A DNA stretch of 64,000 nucleotides from positions 58,962,001 to 59,026,000 of the forward strand of contig NC_043007.1 in NCBI RefSeq assembly GCF_006345805.1, given 5' to 3'. A model generated the notes under the pieces. The model had not been told where the DNA came from, searched no databases, and worked only from the letters and a program-made list of their open reading frames with translations. How positions within the stretch are numbered: the first letter of the stretch is position 1; each line of letters starts with the position of its first letter. This DNA comes from Octopus sinensis. Its lineage: Eukaryota. Below, in pieces: positions 1 through 13,680 of the stretch. A program made the translations under genes and the position numbers.

Positions 1-352
1 AAGATTTATATCTTGATGTCTTCGTGGACAACATTTTTTACTATTCCTTTTTGACACATGGAGATCTTTTGCAATTGACCTCATGGACTTTCTGGGATTG
101 TAATCAATGGTCTGTTGAAGTTGCTGGATAAATTCAGATGTCCTGATGATTTCAGAGTGTTTAGAATGCTTTTTATGCTTTGATACTGGTGTTACATTTC
201 CATCTTCAGTCTCTAGCTCCTTACAAACTTTGTAGGTGAAAGATCTGGCAAAATTGAGATATTTCTAAATCGCTATGCTCAGCCTTTATAACCACAATAA
301 CAGCATGCCTCTTCATTTCTTGAGTAAGCTGAGTGTCTAGCATTATTATTTT
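1..352 (-). mobile_element. Tc1/mariner-superfamily (maT/DD37D-like) transposase remnant, N-terminal HTH region
   Basis: Minus strand reads ELETEDGNVTPVSKHKKHSKHSEIIRTSEFIQQLQQTIDYNPRKSMRSIAKDLHVS. The same sequence recurs on + at 46860-46995. Subfamily call is from motif memory. Confidence 0.7.
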
Positions 353-424
353 CTGAAACAAAGATTATACAGAGTTAGTAAAAAATGCAGCAATTACTCA
401 GAAAAGGTATGTCCTCAAATACTT

Positions 425-902
425 TACACACCTCCTCAACTTATGACTGACTGACAGGTTGCAATTTGATCTGGTCGTATGTCGGATTTATATTTTTCAA
501 CACTATTTTCATTCAAACGGGTTATAAAAATATAAAACACAAAAATTCAATCCATAATTATTGTATATAATGTGAAAAATACATATGTACTCTATTGCAC
601 TGTAAACAAAAATACAATCTAAAATTAATGCAAATGAAATGCCACATACGTTCAATGAAGAAAATTGTTCCTGTGAAAAAAGTGCAATTGAAAATAAATT
701 TTCAATTTTCAGTCATGTTCTTGGATTGAGGTAGATAGCTTTTCAAAGAACTTGGTGAGCTTTGCTTGAATAGTTTGTTTTTTTTTGTCATATATCTTAT
801 AACAATGCACAGCATCTTGGATAATATGCTCAACCTTTGCAAAACGTTTGACTTTTTGTTATCATAAGTGCGAATGGTCATAAGTTGAGGAGAAGGTGTA
901 TA
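425..902. mobile_element. MITE with terminal inverted repeats
   Basis: TACACACCTCCTCAACTTATGAC at 425 and the reverse complement GTCATAAGTTGAGGAGAAGGTGTA ending at about 900 share a 16-bp perfect core; TA at both ends; no coding capacity. Confidence 0.55.
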
Positions 903-1009
903 TATGTGTTTATATATATGTATATATATATATAGAGAGAGAGAGAGTGATACAGACCACCAGATGCTGTTATACACTGCTGGTTACAATGCACTTCCAA
1001 TTCTGTTTT

Positions 1010-1575
1010 GATTGCACTATTTTCTATCAACCCAGATTGCTTGACTAAATCATATTCCAATTATTGTGGTGGCTTTTTTTGATCTCTTGGCTACAACTTG
1101 GCGACTGCATGGGTCTACCTGTTGTCTGTGAACCTTGTGATATATCTGGCCCATCAGAACTTGTGTTTTTGGTACTCTGCAATCACATAGTTCACTCCAC
1201 TTCATTCTCTAATTATTTCGTTTCAAATGTGTTGTTTTAATGATACTCCTACCATGGATCTTTCCATGCCTTTTGCATCATAGCCAATTGATCTTTTATC
1301 CTCTTTGTAGTAGCCCACATCTCGCTTGCAGGTAGGATGGTGTTATTGAAAAGTCTAGCATTGTTTGGAGCATGTCCTTTATTGAGTTAAATGCCTTCCA
1401 TCCTACCCTTATTCTCTTTGAGATTTCAGCATCTATATCTCCATGCATATTCACTGTGTGCCCTAATTAGAGGTAATCCTTTACCTCCTTGATTTCATTG
1501 CTTTCCACCTCTACTTGGCCATGTGTTATGTATTCTGATCACATATATTTCATTTTCATGTGGTTCATTTGGAAG
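1010..1575 (-). mobile_element. Degenerate RTE-clade LINE, RT C-terminal region
   Basis: Minus-strand translation contains EIKEVKDYL*LGHTVNMHGDIDAEISKRIRVGWKAF, typical of the RTE RT end; many stops and frameshifts. Confidence 0.6.
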
Positions 1576-1854
1576 CTAAACTGAAGAGGTAATAAATGAC
1601 CTGCTCACCTAACCAGTGGGATGGCTTCAACATAAAAGCTAAAATAATGCAAGGAAATGGTCCTCAGTAATACAATCAGGATCAAATAAATCTTGGCAAA
1701 TTAACTTAGAAGGACCTCCACTTATCTTAGGCAAGCAGGTTATTCTGAAAGAATATGTAAATATTCCAGATTCTTGAACAAGGTTTGTATAGCAGTTGTT
1801 TACTGGTCTCAGGCATCCTGTAAATCCTTATATGTATCAATAGTACAATTGGTA

Positions 1855-2899
1855 CATATTATGCTGGGTTCCCAGCCAAATGTTTTTTCATGTTGGCAAA
1901 CAAATGATAGTCAGATGGGGGCCAAATTAGGAAAATAGGGAGGGTGATCAACCAGTTCAAAGCTACAGCCATGCACAACAGCCATTGAAGACAAGGACTT
2001 ATGTACGGGAGCATTGGCCTGATGAAACCAGACCCCCTTTCACCAGTTTTCCTGGGTGTTTGATCTTGTAGCCTTTCATAACTGCCTCATCAATTGGCTT
2101 TCCATTGATGGTGTGGCCCTTTTGAAGATAGCTGATAAACACAATGCCTTTTGCATCCCCAAAAAACAGGCCATCTGCTTCCCTGCAGATGAAATGACCT
2201 TAGCTTTGTTTGGAGCAGGTATGGATGAGTGTTTCCACTGCATAGATTGTCTTTGTCTCAAAGTAACAAAGCCAAACACTCATCCTGGGTTAGATGTTCA
2301 AAGAAAACTGCTGGATCTGTTTCAAACAATATCAGATTTTCCTGTGATGTGATCAGCTTGGTGCACTTTTGATCAAGTCTCAGATGTGGCAGCCAATGAG
2401 TAGAAACCTTCATCATGCCAAGTGCAAAATATTCTCAACTCCCTCACAGGATTGGCTATTTGATAGATAGTCAGTTGCTTGTCATGCATCAAAATGTGGT
2501 GAATATGATCAATGTTTTGCTCAGGGTAGCAGTTGCAAGACATCCATGTCATGAGTCATCTTTAAGACTCTCCCTTCCTCTCCTAAATTTAGCTGCCCAT
2601 TTGATAAAGTTGGAGTGTCATCCCCTAATGTAGCAACCATGTCAGTATGAATGTCCTTGGAGGCTAAACTCTTTTTCTGCATGTACTTGATAACACCACA
2701 ATGCCAAATTTTGTCCATTTTCAAGAAAAGTCACTACCAGTTACTTTTGAAGTCTTTGAATAGTCAGATATCAGTGTACTTGGAAAGAAACAATGCAGTT
2801 ATTAATAAGCGGGGCTGAAATAAATGCTTCCAGGATTAAGACTTGCTCTACTATTGCTCCTTCATAGTCAGCCTATGAACTTTCAATCTCACCCTCATA
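1855..2899 (-). mobile_element. Degenerate mariner element (same family as 51393-52352)
   Basis: Broken frames give MDKIWHCGVIKYMQKKSLASKDIHTDMVATLGDDTP, QSMQWKH...SAGK and HPPYFPNLAP; the TIR-like CAGCCTATGAACTTTC near 2869-2884 matches the 51 kb copy. Confidence 0.85.
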
Positions 2900-3136
2900 T
2901 GTTGACGATAAGGAGAGCTGTATCTGTAACAGGGGTCCTGAAGTTAAAAATGGAGCCCTAAATTAAAAGCCTTGCCATTTTATTGAATTATAATTATTTT
3001 TATGGATACAAGCTCTGTATTTCAAGGACCAATATATATGAATCTGCAAATTACAGATGGAGTAATGAAAATAAAGATTTCATTATGTATTACTTAACCT
3101 AAAGCTTGATATTTAGCTAAAAATTAATGTGTTTAA

Positions 3137-3352
3137 GCCTTTAGTGTTTAAACTGGCAATATTTGGCCCAAATACTCAACATGTTACATTCAAACTGGCC
3201 AAATCTAGTCTCCCACACATAACTACATTGATATTCTAAAAAATTAACAATCACATCATCAAAACCTAAAACTTAAGATAATGTATGATTAATTCAAAAT
3301 AATTTGAATAAAAAAGCATTACATTTAACAATGTAATCTGAACATGAAAAGG
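3137..3352. mobile_element. piggyBac-like MITE (family also at 31193-31404 and 55904-56277)
   Basis: Flanked by TTAA at 3133-3136 and 3353-3356; degenerate CCCTTTAGCATT-type termini; internal sequence is the reverse complement of the 31.2 kb copy. Confidence 0.55.
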
Positions 3353-3667
3353 TTAAAACATTTTAAAGTTTAACCTTGATGTACAGTGGTTTAAACAGTG
3401 AAGTATGCGACCATCATCATTTTAAGGTCCCCCTTTTCCATACTTGCATTGGTCAGATAGAATTCATTGACACAAATTTTCTATATCCTGATGCCCTTCC
3501 TGTCACCAATCCTTACTTGTTTCCAAGCAAGGTAATATTTACATTCAAATTGGCCAAATCTAGTCTAGGCTGGATATGTTTTTATGGAAGATTGGACACA
3601 AATGAGGATAACACTCATTTACAACTATCATGTGATATCAAAATGAGGAGGCACATTTGCAGATATA

Positions 3668-3884
3668 CAAAAGGGGGCTGAAAAGTTCCTGGCTTTGGAT
3701 AAAAGAAAACACTGGACGATCAGTTAATTATGATTTTATTGAACATATTCCCCTCTCAAATTCACATACTTGTTGCAGCAGTCCTTCAGTTTTTCTAAAC
3801 CCTGTAAAAGTACTCAGAAGGTTGGGCCTCCAACCAGGCCTTTCATAATACCCTTAAAGCCAGGAATTTTTCAGCTGCCCCTCA
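3668..3884. mobile_element. Mariner-derived MITE
   Basis: GCTGAAAAGTTCCTGGCTTT / AAAGCCAGGAATTTTTCAGC inverted termini with TA flanks; same family in opposite orientation at 35048-35252. Confidence 0.7.
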
Positions 3885-6109
3885 TACATATGTACACACA
3901 CACTTATATATAATAGGCTTCTTTCAGTTTCTATCTATCACAACCACTCTGAAGACTGGTTGAATTGGAGTTATAGAAAAAGACACATGCTCAAGGTGCC
4001 ACACACTGGGACTAAACCCCAAACCACATGGGTGGAAAGCAAACTCCTTAACCATACAGCTACACCTGCATCTATCCATGTCTACACTCATATTTGACAA
4101 ATTTAAAAAGGGTAGGCCTTTCCTCTATTTCATTTCAAACCAAATCTAAAAACACAAAGCACAAATGTTATAACATTGTTTGAATTCACTGATATATATC
4201 CTTGTTAAGATGCGTACGTTAAATATTGTTTCCAGATACACAACCCTAATGTAAATTTGTTTTGGGGTCTAACATTGAAAAATGTGACAATATTAATTTT
4301 AAACTTATTTATGACTTAGTTTTACTTAACAGACAAATGTTAAAGTAAAAACTATACAATAAAATACTTCATATTTGTTTAGAAGTTCTGACTTAATTAT
4401 AGTGTCAGCTCTCTTCTACCACCCCTGTTTATTGTATCATCATTTCTGTTCTACTGCCCTGCACCATCAGAAAGTACCTACTTCTCCCACTCACTCATGG
4501 CATCCCTACCCATATATCTTGAAGATTCACTCTGACATTGCATACTAATTTCCAGTTCTATCCACAACACACACACACAAGCAGACTCTTCTACAACATG
4601 AGTTGTCATGCAGTTCCTCTTCAACAAGAAACCCATTTTGCTCTAGTCCTTTTCTTTCATACCTTATTCCTCTCTACTCCTTATTCTCTGAGCATAAAGT
4701 TTGACCTCCATGCTTGAGGTTCATGAAGTTTGCCTTGGAAGCTGCATGGCAACCTCACTAGTACTGGTGGCATGGAAAAAACATCTAATATACACTGTAA
4801 AGTGGTAATCATTGGACAGAGAGCATCCAGCCATAGAAACCATGCCAAACAGACACTGGAGCATGATGTGGTTCTTGGACCCATTGGATCTTGTCAAACC
4901 ATGCAACCCATGCCAGTTTGGAACACAAACATTAAATAATAATATTAAATTAGCAATAATATATAAATAATCTGATGCATTAAACTAATCTTATGGTTCT
5001 CTTTATGAAAAAATAATAAAGCTCAGTTCTATTGTCTGATAAGTTTAATTCAGCACAGTAGAGAAACAGAATGGCAAATCTATTAATTAGCATCTAACAA
5101 TAATTAAGTAAGAATTCTCATTTACTGCATCATTGAATTTGATTACTGTAATTTGTTTCATTTAAAGTGTATTGGATCCCAGAAGTATTTCAAGATTTGG
5201 ATGAATCTTAAGTGCCCAATTATTCAAAGAAGTTGAAGTCAGTTTAGTACCGAAATAATAAAGCATTTAAGCATGAGGCTCCCTGAAAATGTGGAGCCTG
5301 TAGCATATTCTATGGCAGCTATAGATTAATCTGTCATTGAGTGTGGTGTTAGTGAGGGAGAGGGGGTTCAACGCATCAAACTTTAAGCCAGTAGACTGAC
5401 ATTCTTTAGTCTTAATCAGTTGTCCTGATGAATAAATTTTCCAATTAATATGGGATACAATAGTTTTAAACAAGAAAAATTAATAGAAATTAAAACTGAA
5501 AGCTGAACAAAATTATACATGACAAAAATGAATAAGAAAAAGATGAAGGTCATTTATCAATACAAATCTATTTCCGATGATGAGGTGTTAAAATCATAAT
5601 TTCATTGTACTTTCTCACAGTTTAGCGACTTGGTATTAGATCACCTAACACAATACATACTTTAAAAAGACTTTCACTATAATGACAGGTTGTTGTTGTT
5701 GAGATAGAAATTAATTGAAAGAGAGAGTGTGTATACGCGCATGTGTGTGTGTATGTGTGAAAGATAGATAGGGAGACTGTTGTCACCATAGTAACTAACA
5801 AGATTTTCACTATATAACAGTCTGCTATTAAAAGAAGGTACATGCATGATTAACAAATATTTCTACTGGTGGTGTAGTGATTGGTAAGACCTAGTTTAAA
5901 TCCATTTCTGCTGTTGTATTTTCTCATAGTTTAGCAACTAGGTATTAGATCACCTTTATGCCAACATGTCATATTTCTGCAGTATATTTATCAGCACTTG
6001 CAGCTGGCTAATATTTAAATGAAGCTATCTCTTCTCAGTTTTTTGGCAGAGATTCAAGTGTAATATGTTAATGAAGTTGTCACATGACTAAACTACAAAT
6101 GTAACTAAT

Positions 6110-6322
6110 CTTTTCTACTCTAGATACAAGGCCCAAAATTTTGGGGGAGGGAGCCAGTCAATTAGATTGACCCCAGTACGTAACTGGTACTTAATTTATT
6201 GACCCCGAAAGGATGAAAGGCAAAGTCAACCTCGGTGAAATTTGAACTCAGAACGTAAAGACAGATAAAATACCGCTAAGCATTTCGCCCAGTGTGCTAA
6301 CATTTCTGCCAGCTTGCCGCAT
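6110..6322 (-). mobile_element. tRNA-derived SINE (high-copy family, about 25 full or partial copies in the window)
   Basis: B-box GAGTTCAAAT and family body; perfect 16-bp TSD TACAAATGTAACTAAT at 6094-6109 and 6323-6338. Confidence 0.85.
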
Positions 6323-7249
6323 TACAAATGTAACTAATGACAAAGCTTGTACAGAAGTTGACATTTAACCTGTTCCAAAAATTAAGTTGTCATGCATTTT
6401 CATTAATGTTTAATCTTTCTATTTCAAAAGATGCATCTTGAAATGGTTTCAATCACCCTTTTATGCCAATCCAGTTTCCTCTACCACCTTTGATACCAAT
6501 GGTACCATGCTTTCAAGATATTTGGCAGATCCATTGCCTTTTATTGATTAAACAATTTGACTTACATTGATTTTCTATCCCCAACAATTAACAATCACAT
6601 CACTGGCACTATTATGATGTCGAGATTCAAATACTTGAAGCACTGTATGTCAAGTTGTGTGCAGAAGTTTTTGGATGTCATTTTCTGGTGGTCAGACACC
6701 AAGCTTCAGAATTAATTGAATTCCTTCAGGTACCAATGAATTCTTGGCAAGAAATGTAAAATTGGTTTCAAATTTTGGCATAAGGCCAGCAAATTTTGGG
6801 GATGGGGTAAGTTGATTACATCAATCCCAGTACTCAAAAGGATGAAAGGCGAAGTTAACCTTGGTGGAACTTGAACTCAGAATGTAAAGACTAACAAAAT
6901 GCTGCTAAGCATTTTGCCCAGCATTCTAATAATTCTGCCTGCTTGCTGCCTTAGGCAAGAAATGTAATATTAAAGACGTCACTGTATTTAACCTAAAAGT
7001 CAATCAGGAATATCTTTATTCGTGTTTTAGCAAGTCAGCACATCTGATGACACCTGTCAGAGAACATTGAAGACTGCTTGCAGACAAGCACTTAATAATA
7101 GTGCACAGAAGAATAGTGACTTGTATGGTAATAGTAAATATTCAACAGTAGTCATTATGTCACTAAGTAGAGTTCAATATACTGAAGTTTCTCAAAATAT
7201 TATGGCCACAACCTACTTTACAACACTTACCATCTTTTCCTTTCTTTTG

Positions 7250-8700
7250 ATTACAATAGTCATCCTTGACTGAATTATCCTGCTCATGAAACTAAGTGCA
7301 GAAACTGGCAAAAAGGATCACTGTAGAAAGACATGCAAGGCTACTTTAGTGCATTTTAGTACTTTAATCACCATTCATTCCAACTGATCTATGCTTGCCA
7401 CAGTACACTGTTCTGATATTGACACAATTGTTTAGGATTAAAGTTGAAGATAAAGATTTGGAAGGCTTTGACTGATGCTAGCATTTCAGAAGCCTTTATC
7501 AGTAAAACTGGAATGAATAAACACTGTTTAATAATACACCATTCTTCCAAGAGCTTGACCATAGTTGATTTTTCTCTATCTACTTGTATCTTTAGTCTCT
7601 GCATAGAAAATTTCAAACTTCTAGACACTCATTATCAGAAGATAAAATGTGTCAGTTGTACTGAATCTCTCTGAAAAAATTTATATCGGTAGAGACTTCC
7701 TATGGCAATATTAGAGAATCGATATTGAAATTGGTAAGACTTAGCCTCCCTTAAGAGTATTTGCCATAATAGATGCTTTCCTATCTCCAACAACACTGAT
7801 TCTATACCCAAAGACTGACTGCAAACCAATTGCTACATTATCAAAAAGACTGACAAAGTAAATAAAATTGTACTTATCCATGTTGAAACTGCAGATTTCC
7901 TGTCAGAAAGCATAAACAAACTGAGCAATTCACCATCACAAGCATAGACTGTCATCCCTGGATCTGAAGAGTTTGTATCATCAGATTGATTTTCTAAAAT
8001 ATGAGAAAACTTTTATAGCCTTTGAACCCTGAGGTAAAGTCAGATTTCATTTTATCCTGAGCAATACTGTTGTACAATCTCAATGGATTATGAACAACAC
8101 AGACATAGCTGTGTATTAAGAAGCTTGTTTCCCAACCACATGGTTCTGGGTTCAGTCCCACTGTGACAAGTGTCTTCTACAACGAGTAAATTTGGTTGAC
8201 AGAAACTGAAAGAAGCTCATTGTACATGTGTGTGTGTTTGGCAACTGGTGTTAGTGTGCTTATGTCCCTGCAACTTAGCAGTTCAGCAAAAGAGACCAAC
8301 AGAATAATTACCAGGCTTTAAAAAAAAAGTACTGGTGTCAATTCATTCAACTAAAAATTCTTCAAGACAGTGCCTGAGCATGGTTGCAGTCTAGTGACTG
8401 AAACAAGTAAAAAGATAAAAAAGACAAAGGAAGAGAACTTCACAAGATACAACAACATGATAGATATGTTTGCCTATAGGGACAATACTCTAGTTTGTGG
8501 AAGAACATATGATCCTCCCATGGCTGTATGCAACACCAGTCGTACTAAGTTTCAAGAAGCTTCTAAAGAATCTTACTGTCAATAAACTGAAATTCATCTT
8601 TTGCAATACACCCATTGGTTTTATTGGCAACAATATATCACAAGAATTGATCACAGCCAATCTTGAATGATTATATCTCTACAAAGTATTCCTTTTCTAA
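7250..8700 (-). mobile_element. Possible ancient hAT transposase remnant (interrupted by a SINE at about 8105-8420)
   Basis: Fragmentary minus-strand peptides (ASISQSLPNLYLQL, LST-WCC, ALHVF) loosely resemble the hAT RW motif and C-terminal dimerisation region; heavily decayed. Confidence 0.3.
8105..8420 (+). mobile_element. Second tRNA-derived SINE family (other copies near 3.9, 9.3, 19.3, 19.8, 24.9, 34.0, 35.3, 60.0, 60.7 and 61.1 kb)
   Basis: Head GCTGTGTATTAAGAAGCTTG..CCCAACCACATGGTTCTGGGTTCAGTCCCACTG, internal (TG)n and tail GTGACTGAAACAAGTAAAAGA recur throughout the window. Confidence 0.8.
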
Positions 8701-8850
8701 ATGATGCATCCTCTTCTCTTTAGGCAATTAGTATGTTCCCCAATTATTCACCTGGTAGATATATTTTTCATTTCTAAGACTAAATTAGATCCTTTAAGTG
8801 TAGTTTCTTCTGTTTTTCAAGGCAAAGATGTAGGTTGTATAGCTAAGAAT

Positions 8851-9256
8851 TTGGCGGAATCCTGTCTTAAGTACCCCATAACTTTTTTATTTTTTGGAAT
8901 TCTCAGAAAATTTTTGGTTTTTTTATATTTTCCCTTTTTTTAAAATTAGAGTTTAAAATATGGACAGTCTGAATTGCTTGCTTAAATACCAGCAATGGAC
9001 CAATAAATGTGTTTATAGGGAGAAAGATACTGAAAAACATCAATATGTCCAGAGTGACAAAGAATTGAGGAAGGTATCTGGTGGTCATAACATCTAAATA
9101 GCCCTTAAATCACATACAAAAAATTTTTTTTAATTTTTGCATAATCACATGGATTCTCATGGCTAGAACACAAATTTGCAAACATCTTCTGAAAATTCCA
9201 AGAAATAAAAAAGTTATGAGGGGTTATATGGGATGCTTAAATCAGAATTCCACCAA
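8851..9256. mobile_element. Foldback/MITE with long imperfect inverted repeats
   Basis: TTGGCGGAATCCTG...CATAACTTTTTTATTTTTTGGAATTCTCAGAA at the left end pairs over about 70 bp with the reverse complement of about 9185-9256. Confidence 0.55.
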
Positions 9257-9828
9257 GAAATTCATTTAACAACCATCTAGTTTTGGGTTTGGTCCCATTG
9301 CAGAGCACTTTAGCTAAAAGTCTTTTAGTATAGCTTTAGGTTAACCAATGCCCTATGAGTGAGATTTGGCTATTGAAAACTGTACAGAAGCTTGTCATCT
9401 ATGTATATATATGTGCGTGTGTATTTGTACATATGTATGCATATTTGTGTGTGTGTGTGTGAGTGAATGTTTGACTCCTTGCATTTTTCACATTGACACT
9501 ACTTAAACAAAGGAGACATTTGTTTGTCTTGTGTAAACAATGTACTGCAGCCAGGAGTTTGATGTGCAAAGATCAGTGGAGTAAAGTATGTTACTTGAAA
9601 AACAAGTCAGGAAGGACATCTGACCACAGAGTAATGCTTCAAGAAGTTTTATCCAACCCATGCCAGTAAAATGATGATCATCATCATGATGACAATGACA
9701 ACAACAATAACAGTGGTGATGATGATGAGGATAATAACAACAGTGATGTTGATGATGACAATAATGACGATGATGATGTTGATGACAATAACAATGATGG
9801 CAGCAGTGATAATAATGATGATGATGAT

Positions 9829-10035
9829 GACTCAAATTCTGCTTAGGTTGACTTTGTCTTTCATCCTTTCAGGGTCAATAAATTAAGTACCAGTTATGTA
9901 CTGGGGGTCGATCTAACTGACTGGTTCCCTCCCCCAAAATTTTAGGCCTTGTGCCTAGAGTAGAAAAGATTAGTTACATTTGTAGTTTAGTCATGTGACA
10001 ACTTCATTAACATATCACACTTGAATCTCTGCCAA
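9829..10035 (+). repeat. 5'-truncated SINE plus about 67 bp of unique flank; inverted duplicate of 6043-6245
   Basis: 9969-10035 is the reverse complement of 6043-6109 with one mismatch. Confidence 0.85.
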
Positions 10036-11056
10036 TGGTGACAATGATGGTAGTGATGGTAATGATGATGGTAATGATGATGATGATGATTGATGACGAT
10101 GAGCTGAACAAGGACATAGAATCGGTCATTTTTCTTGTTGCTAGTGAAGCTATAACATTTGTTACTGAGACAGATTCTATTTCAGATTTTATCGTTGCTG
10201 CTGCCACCAATCAATCAAGATGGCCAGTTAACTTTTCTCTTGCTCAGTATCTACATCTGAATGAAAAAAAGCATTCTTTAATCAAGAAGCATATACAGTT
10301 ATTAAAGCATTGTGAAAGTGAAAACATTTTCTTGTTGGCTGAAATTTCACTTTAAAAATGAATCAGGGTTCAGCATCTTTCTTTTCTGACAACAATAAAT
10401 GTTGAAAAACCAAAGATATTGGAACAAGGAAAAGGTATAAGAATAAAGTTAAATACAATGGTTCAAGCTGCATGTGAAATCATATCACAAAAGCAGCTTT
10501 CTGGGAGCTCGGTGTCATTTTACAATCCGAATATATGCACTACAGATAACTGTGAAATCCTATAATCCATATTCTCATCAGAAATGTAATGTAAAAATAA
10601 CAATATAAATCAAAAAGAAACTGAAAAAAAAAAAGGAAATAGAAAGATACCTCAAAAGAATCAATTAACTCTGCTTAACATTTTACATCTTTAACCCAAA
10701 ATTGATACTCATTAAGTTCCCTTTTAAAAATATAAAAATTAGTCAAGACAAAGTGCATAAATATATCTACAGGCAGAAAAAATATAATAAAAACAAAAGA
10801 AAATGGCTAATTACAAACTCATTAAAATGTTAATAAAGAGGCAGCTGTTATTGCAATTAGAATCTAATTACTTAATTGATTAACAATGTTTGTAGCTCAA
10901 GTGGTATTTAAAATTGTTCCAACATCTCTATTATTTCAGTAAAATACAATAGTAAACAAAGCAGGGTAACATTGTAAGGGTATTTCACAATATAGCATGA
11001 CTCTGTTGACGATGCGTTAGTTGTTTAACAGTTAAAATCACTTTGATTAGATAAAT

Positions 11057-11275
11057 CCTTTTGTTACTATATTTCTATTGAAATACTCAGTGTTTATTTC
11101 AGCTATTTTTGAAAATTAGGCAGAATTTAGTAAAATAACTTTATCATTGTTAAGCTTATGTTTAGACATAAATTAACATGAAATTTTGATGGAAGAGTTT
11201 GATGTAGATAATTTTAAAGCAGTACGTTTGTATCATAGAACCAGAGATAATCTCAGGTGAGTTGGTATCAAAAGG
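11057..11275. mobile_element. MITE with CCTTTTG(T/A)TAC termini (second piggyBac-like family)
   Basis: CCTTTTGTTAC at 11057 and GTATCAAAAGG at 11265-11275; a related copy at about 42690-43880 is split by a nested insertion. Confidence 0.5.
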
Positions 11276-11280
11276 TAAGG

Positions 11281-11540
11281 TTAAAGGTAAAAGTTACCTT
11301 CTCGAGTCATGCTGACTCATAAAGGCTAGTTTCTTGATTTCCATAGCATATAAATTCTCAACTTGGATGGGACACTGGTCTGTCACAGGATTACTCATTT
11401 CGGACAGCTGAGTGAACTGGAACAACATGAAATTAAGAATTTTGCTCAAGAACACAACGCATCCCCAGTCCAGGAATATGAATCCATAATTTTACAATCA
11501 TGAGTCCAACACCCTAACCATTAAGCCATGAGCCTCCACT
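11281..11540 (-). mobile_element. Third tRNA-derived SINE family (also about 25350-25580 +, 61725-62085 +)
   Basis: Minus-strand head GGAGGCTCATGGCTTAATGGTTAGGGTGTTGGACTC followed by the shared TGTTCTTGAGCAA...CACTCAGCTG body. Confidence 0.7.
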
Positions 11541-13504
11541 GGTATCAAAATGGATATACTTAGAGCATATTGTTCTACAACAGCATGTTCCAAAACTTTG
11601 TTTTGAATTGCATAACAACACAAACAGACCAATAGTAGTTTATAAAAGAAAAGTCAAATGAATTCCTTCATGAACATTAGAGGTCTTTCCATAGGGCTTG
11701 TTGGTTAACTCCATTTTATTTGCTATTAAAAGGTTAGGAAACAACATTGCAATCCCTTGTCTCCGAACTGAGTATCGGTATATTACAGGTAATCTTTCCA
11801 AGGATTCTCTCAACAGCTTGATACTCTGTGACACATAAAATTCAACATCCAGCTTGGTGATACATCAAAATACTGATGTGTATTTGAACTCACATGCCAT
11901 GAACTGACAGTCTAATACTACACCAACTCAGCCAAACTAATTATATAATCATCTCATTCATGCTGATTGATTAAAGTGATAATTGATTTTCTTGAAGAAA
12001 TCTCACCCCTAAGGTCACAGCTAATCTGTTTTGAAGTAGCTAATCAAATCTGCATCTGGAATACTTTGAATAGAGAAACCATATAGTTTATTTACTTTTT
12101 TAGTTCCAACAAAAGACAGTTTATAATGTTAGGTACCTGAAAGAAGTGGAAATGATGTGTGGTAGTGAAACATAGAACAGTGAATGCAGAAATTTGCAAA
12201 AATTAGAGAGGAATGAAAATAAGTATAATACATTGGAATGTGAGAGTGCTGGAAACAGAATTAATACGAGTACCGGGCAACTGAGCAGATAGTATGATTC
12301 ATAGCTTTTTACTACTTCTGTGTTTTGTTAGTGGCCAAGACACTTGACTGAATTGCAGAGTGTTCACCTAGCTCTATATACAAACTGCTGTAGAAAGATA
12401 TGGCTCACTAGCTCTAGCATTGTAAACTTGCTGAATGTTCTGTTAACTAAAAGTGCTAAGTTTAAGTGTTTCTAAGGACCTGGAGAAGGTCATGGAAAAA
12501 AAATCTCTGTAGTGAATTCTTTTCTTGAATTATTACACAAAGTCTAGGGTTTCAGTGATGTTCCAGTGATCCAGCAATATTACAAGACTAGCCATATCTC
12601 AGTAGTGCATTAAAGGGATGCACTGGATAGCATTGACCCCTCACTATTCAATGGTTCACCCTCAGATTTACAGGGATACCCTTATGTCAAGACTCCACTT
12701 AAGTATTATTACAAATTAATACCCACCCAGAATACTCTGAAGCACCCCCAGTCACCAAAGTCTGGGATAGTCCTGAGTAGATGTGAGAACAATTGCAAAC
12801 AAATTCACTGAAACTAGACAGTTATATTATTGGATTTATTCATTTGATGGTTGGGTGAAAAATTTCTGTATATTAACAGTGGAAAAGATCTGTGGCAGAA
12901 GTGAAGTAATAATATAACTAAGACTTAATATGAATCAGATAATCTGATAATGCAAGACCTTCCAGATAAGACCAATATGTAAGAAGTGATATACTGCAGA
13001 CATGGTGCATTCAAATCTATGCTAGCATGAAAAGCAAAAATTATAGCACTAATAATTATAATACTACTGCTAGTATTGTTCTTGCTACTATTGCTGTTGA
13101 TGTCTGTTCTTTCTTTGTCTGGTTAATAGTCCTAAGGTCATTGCTGGTTGGTTGCCTGGTTGGTTGATTTGATAGATTGTTTGATCACTCTAATTTTCTG
13201 TAGCCTAGGGGCCAGACTATGCTGGGTTTTATTATTTGAGATTTTATGTCTTGGAAGCATGTGGTGATTCACAATCAATAGATTATGGTTTGTTTTTTTA
13301 TCAGTAATAAGTATACAAGTATATTATATAATAAGCATATGAAGTAATAAATATATTGCTTGTGAAACTTTTGTAAATATACTGACATTCGGTCATAAAT
13401 ATAAAAATACCCATATATTTACAAATAAGCATACATACACAATACACACATGCATACATGTACATACACCCCACACACACATGCACACAATGATGCTTGT
13501 GAAG

Positions 13505-13505
13505 G

Positions 13506-13537
<32 letters not shown>

Positions 13538-13613
13538 TCCCTCAAATAATAATTATATTTATATATATATACATATATATATATATATGTATGTATGTAT
13601 GTATGTAGGTAGG

Positions 13614-13677
<64 letters not shown>

Positions 13678-13680
13678 CAG
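13505..13680. repeat. Compound microsatellite (TA)n-(TATG)n-(TAGG)n-(TAGA)n
   Basis: Directly visible, including about 15 perfect GATA units. Confidence 0.95.

Noticed and set aside
1581-1606. CTGAAGA-GGT...ACC hammerhead-like start
   Set aside because: Followed by TGCT rather than GAAA; appears to be part of a dispersed repeat tail.
9503-10210. His-, Met- or Ile-rich ORFs (and similar ORFs at 13.3-13.8, 26.9-27.1, 31.8-32.7, 36.1-36.8 and 47.1-47.5 kb)
   Set aside because: Simple-repeat translations, open in several frames on both strands.
10228-10256. Minus-strand terminal exon (DVDTEQEKS*)
   Set aside because: Good acceptor, but only nine codons and no supportable upstream exons.
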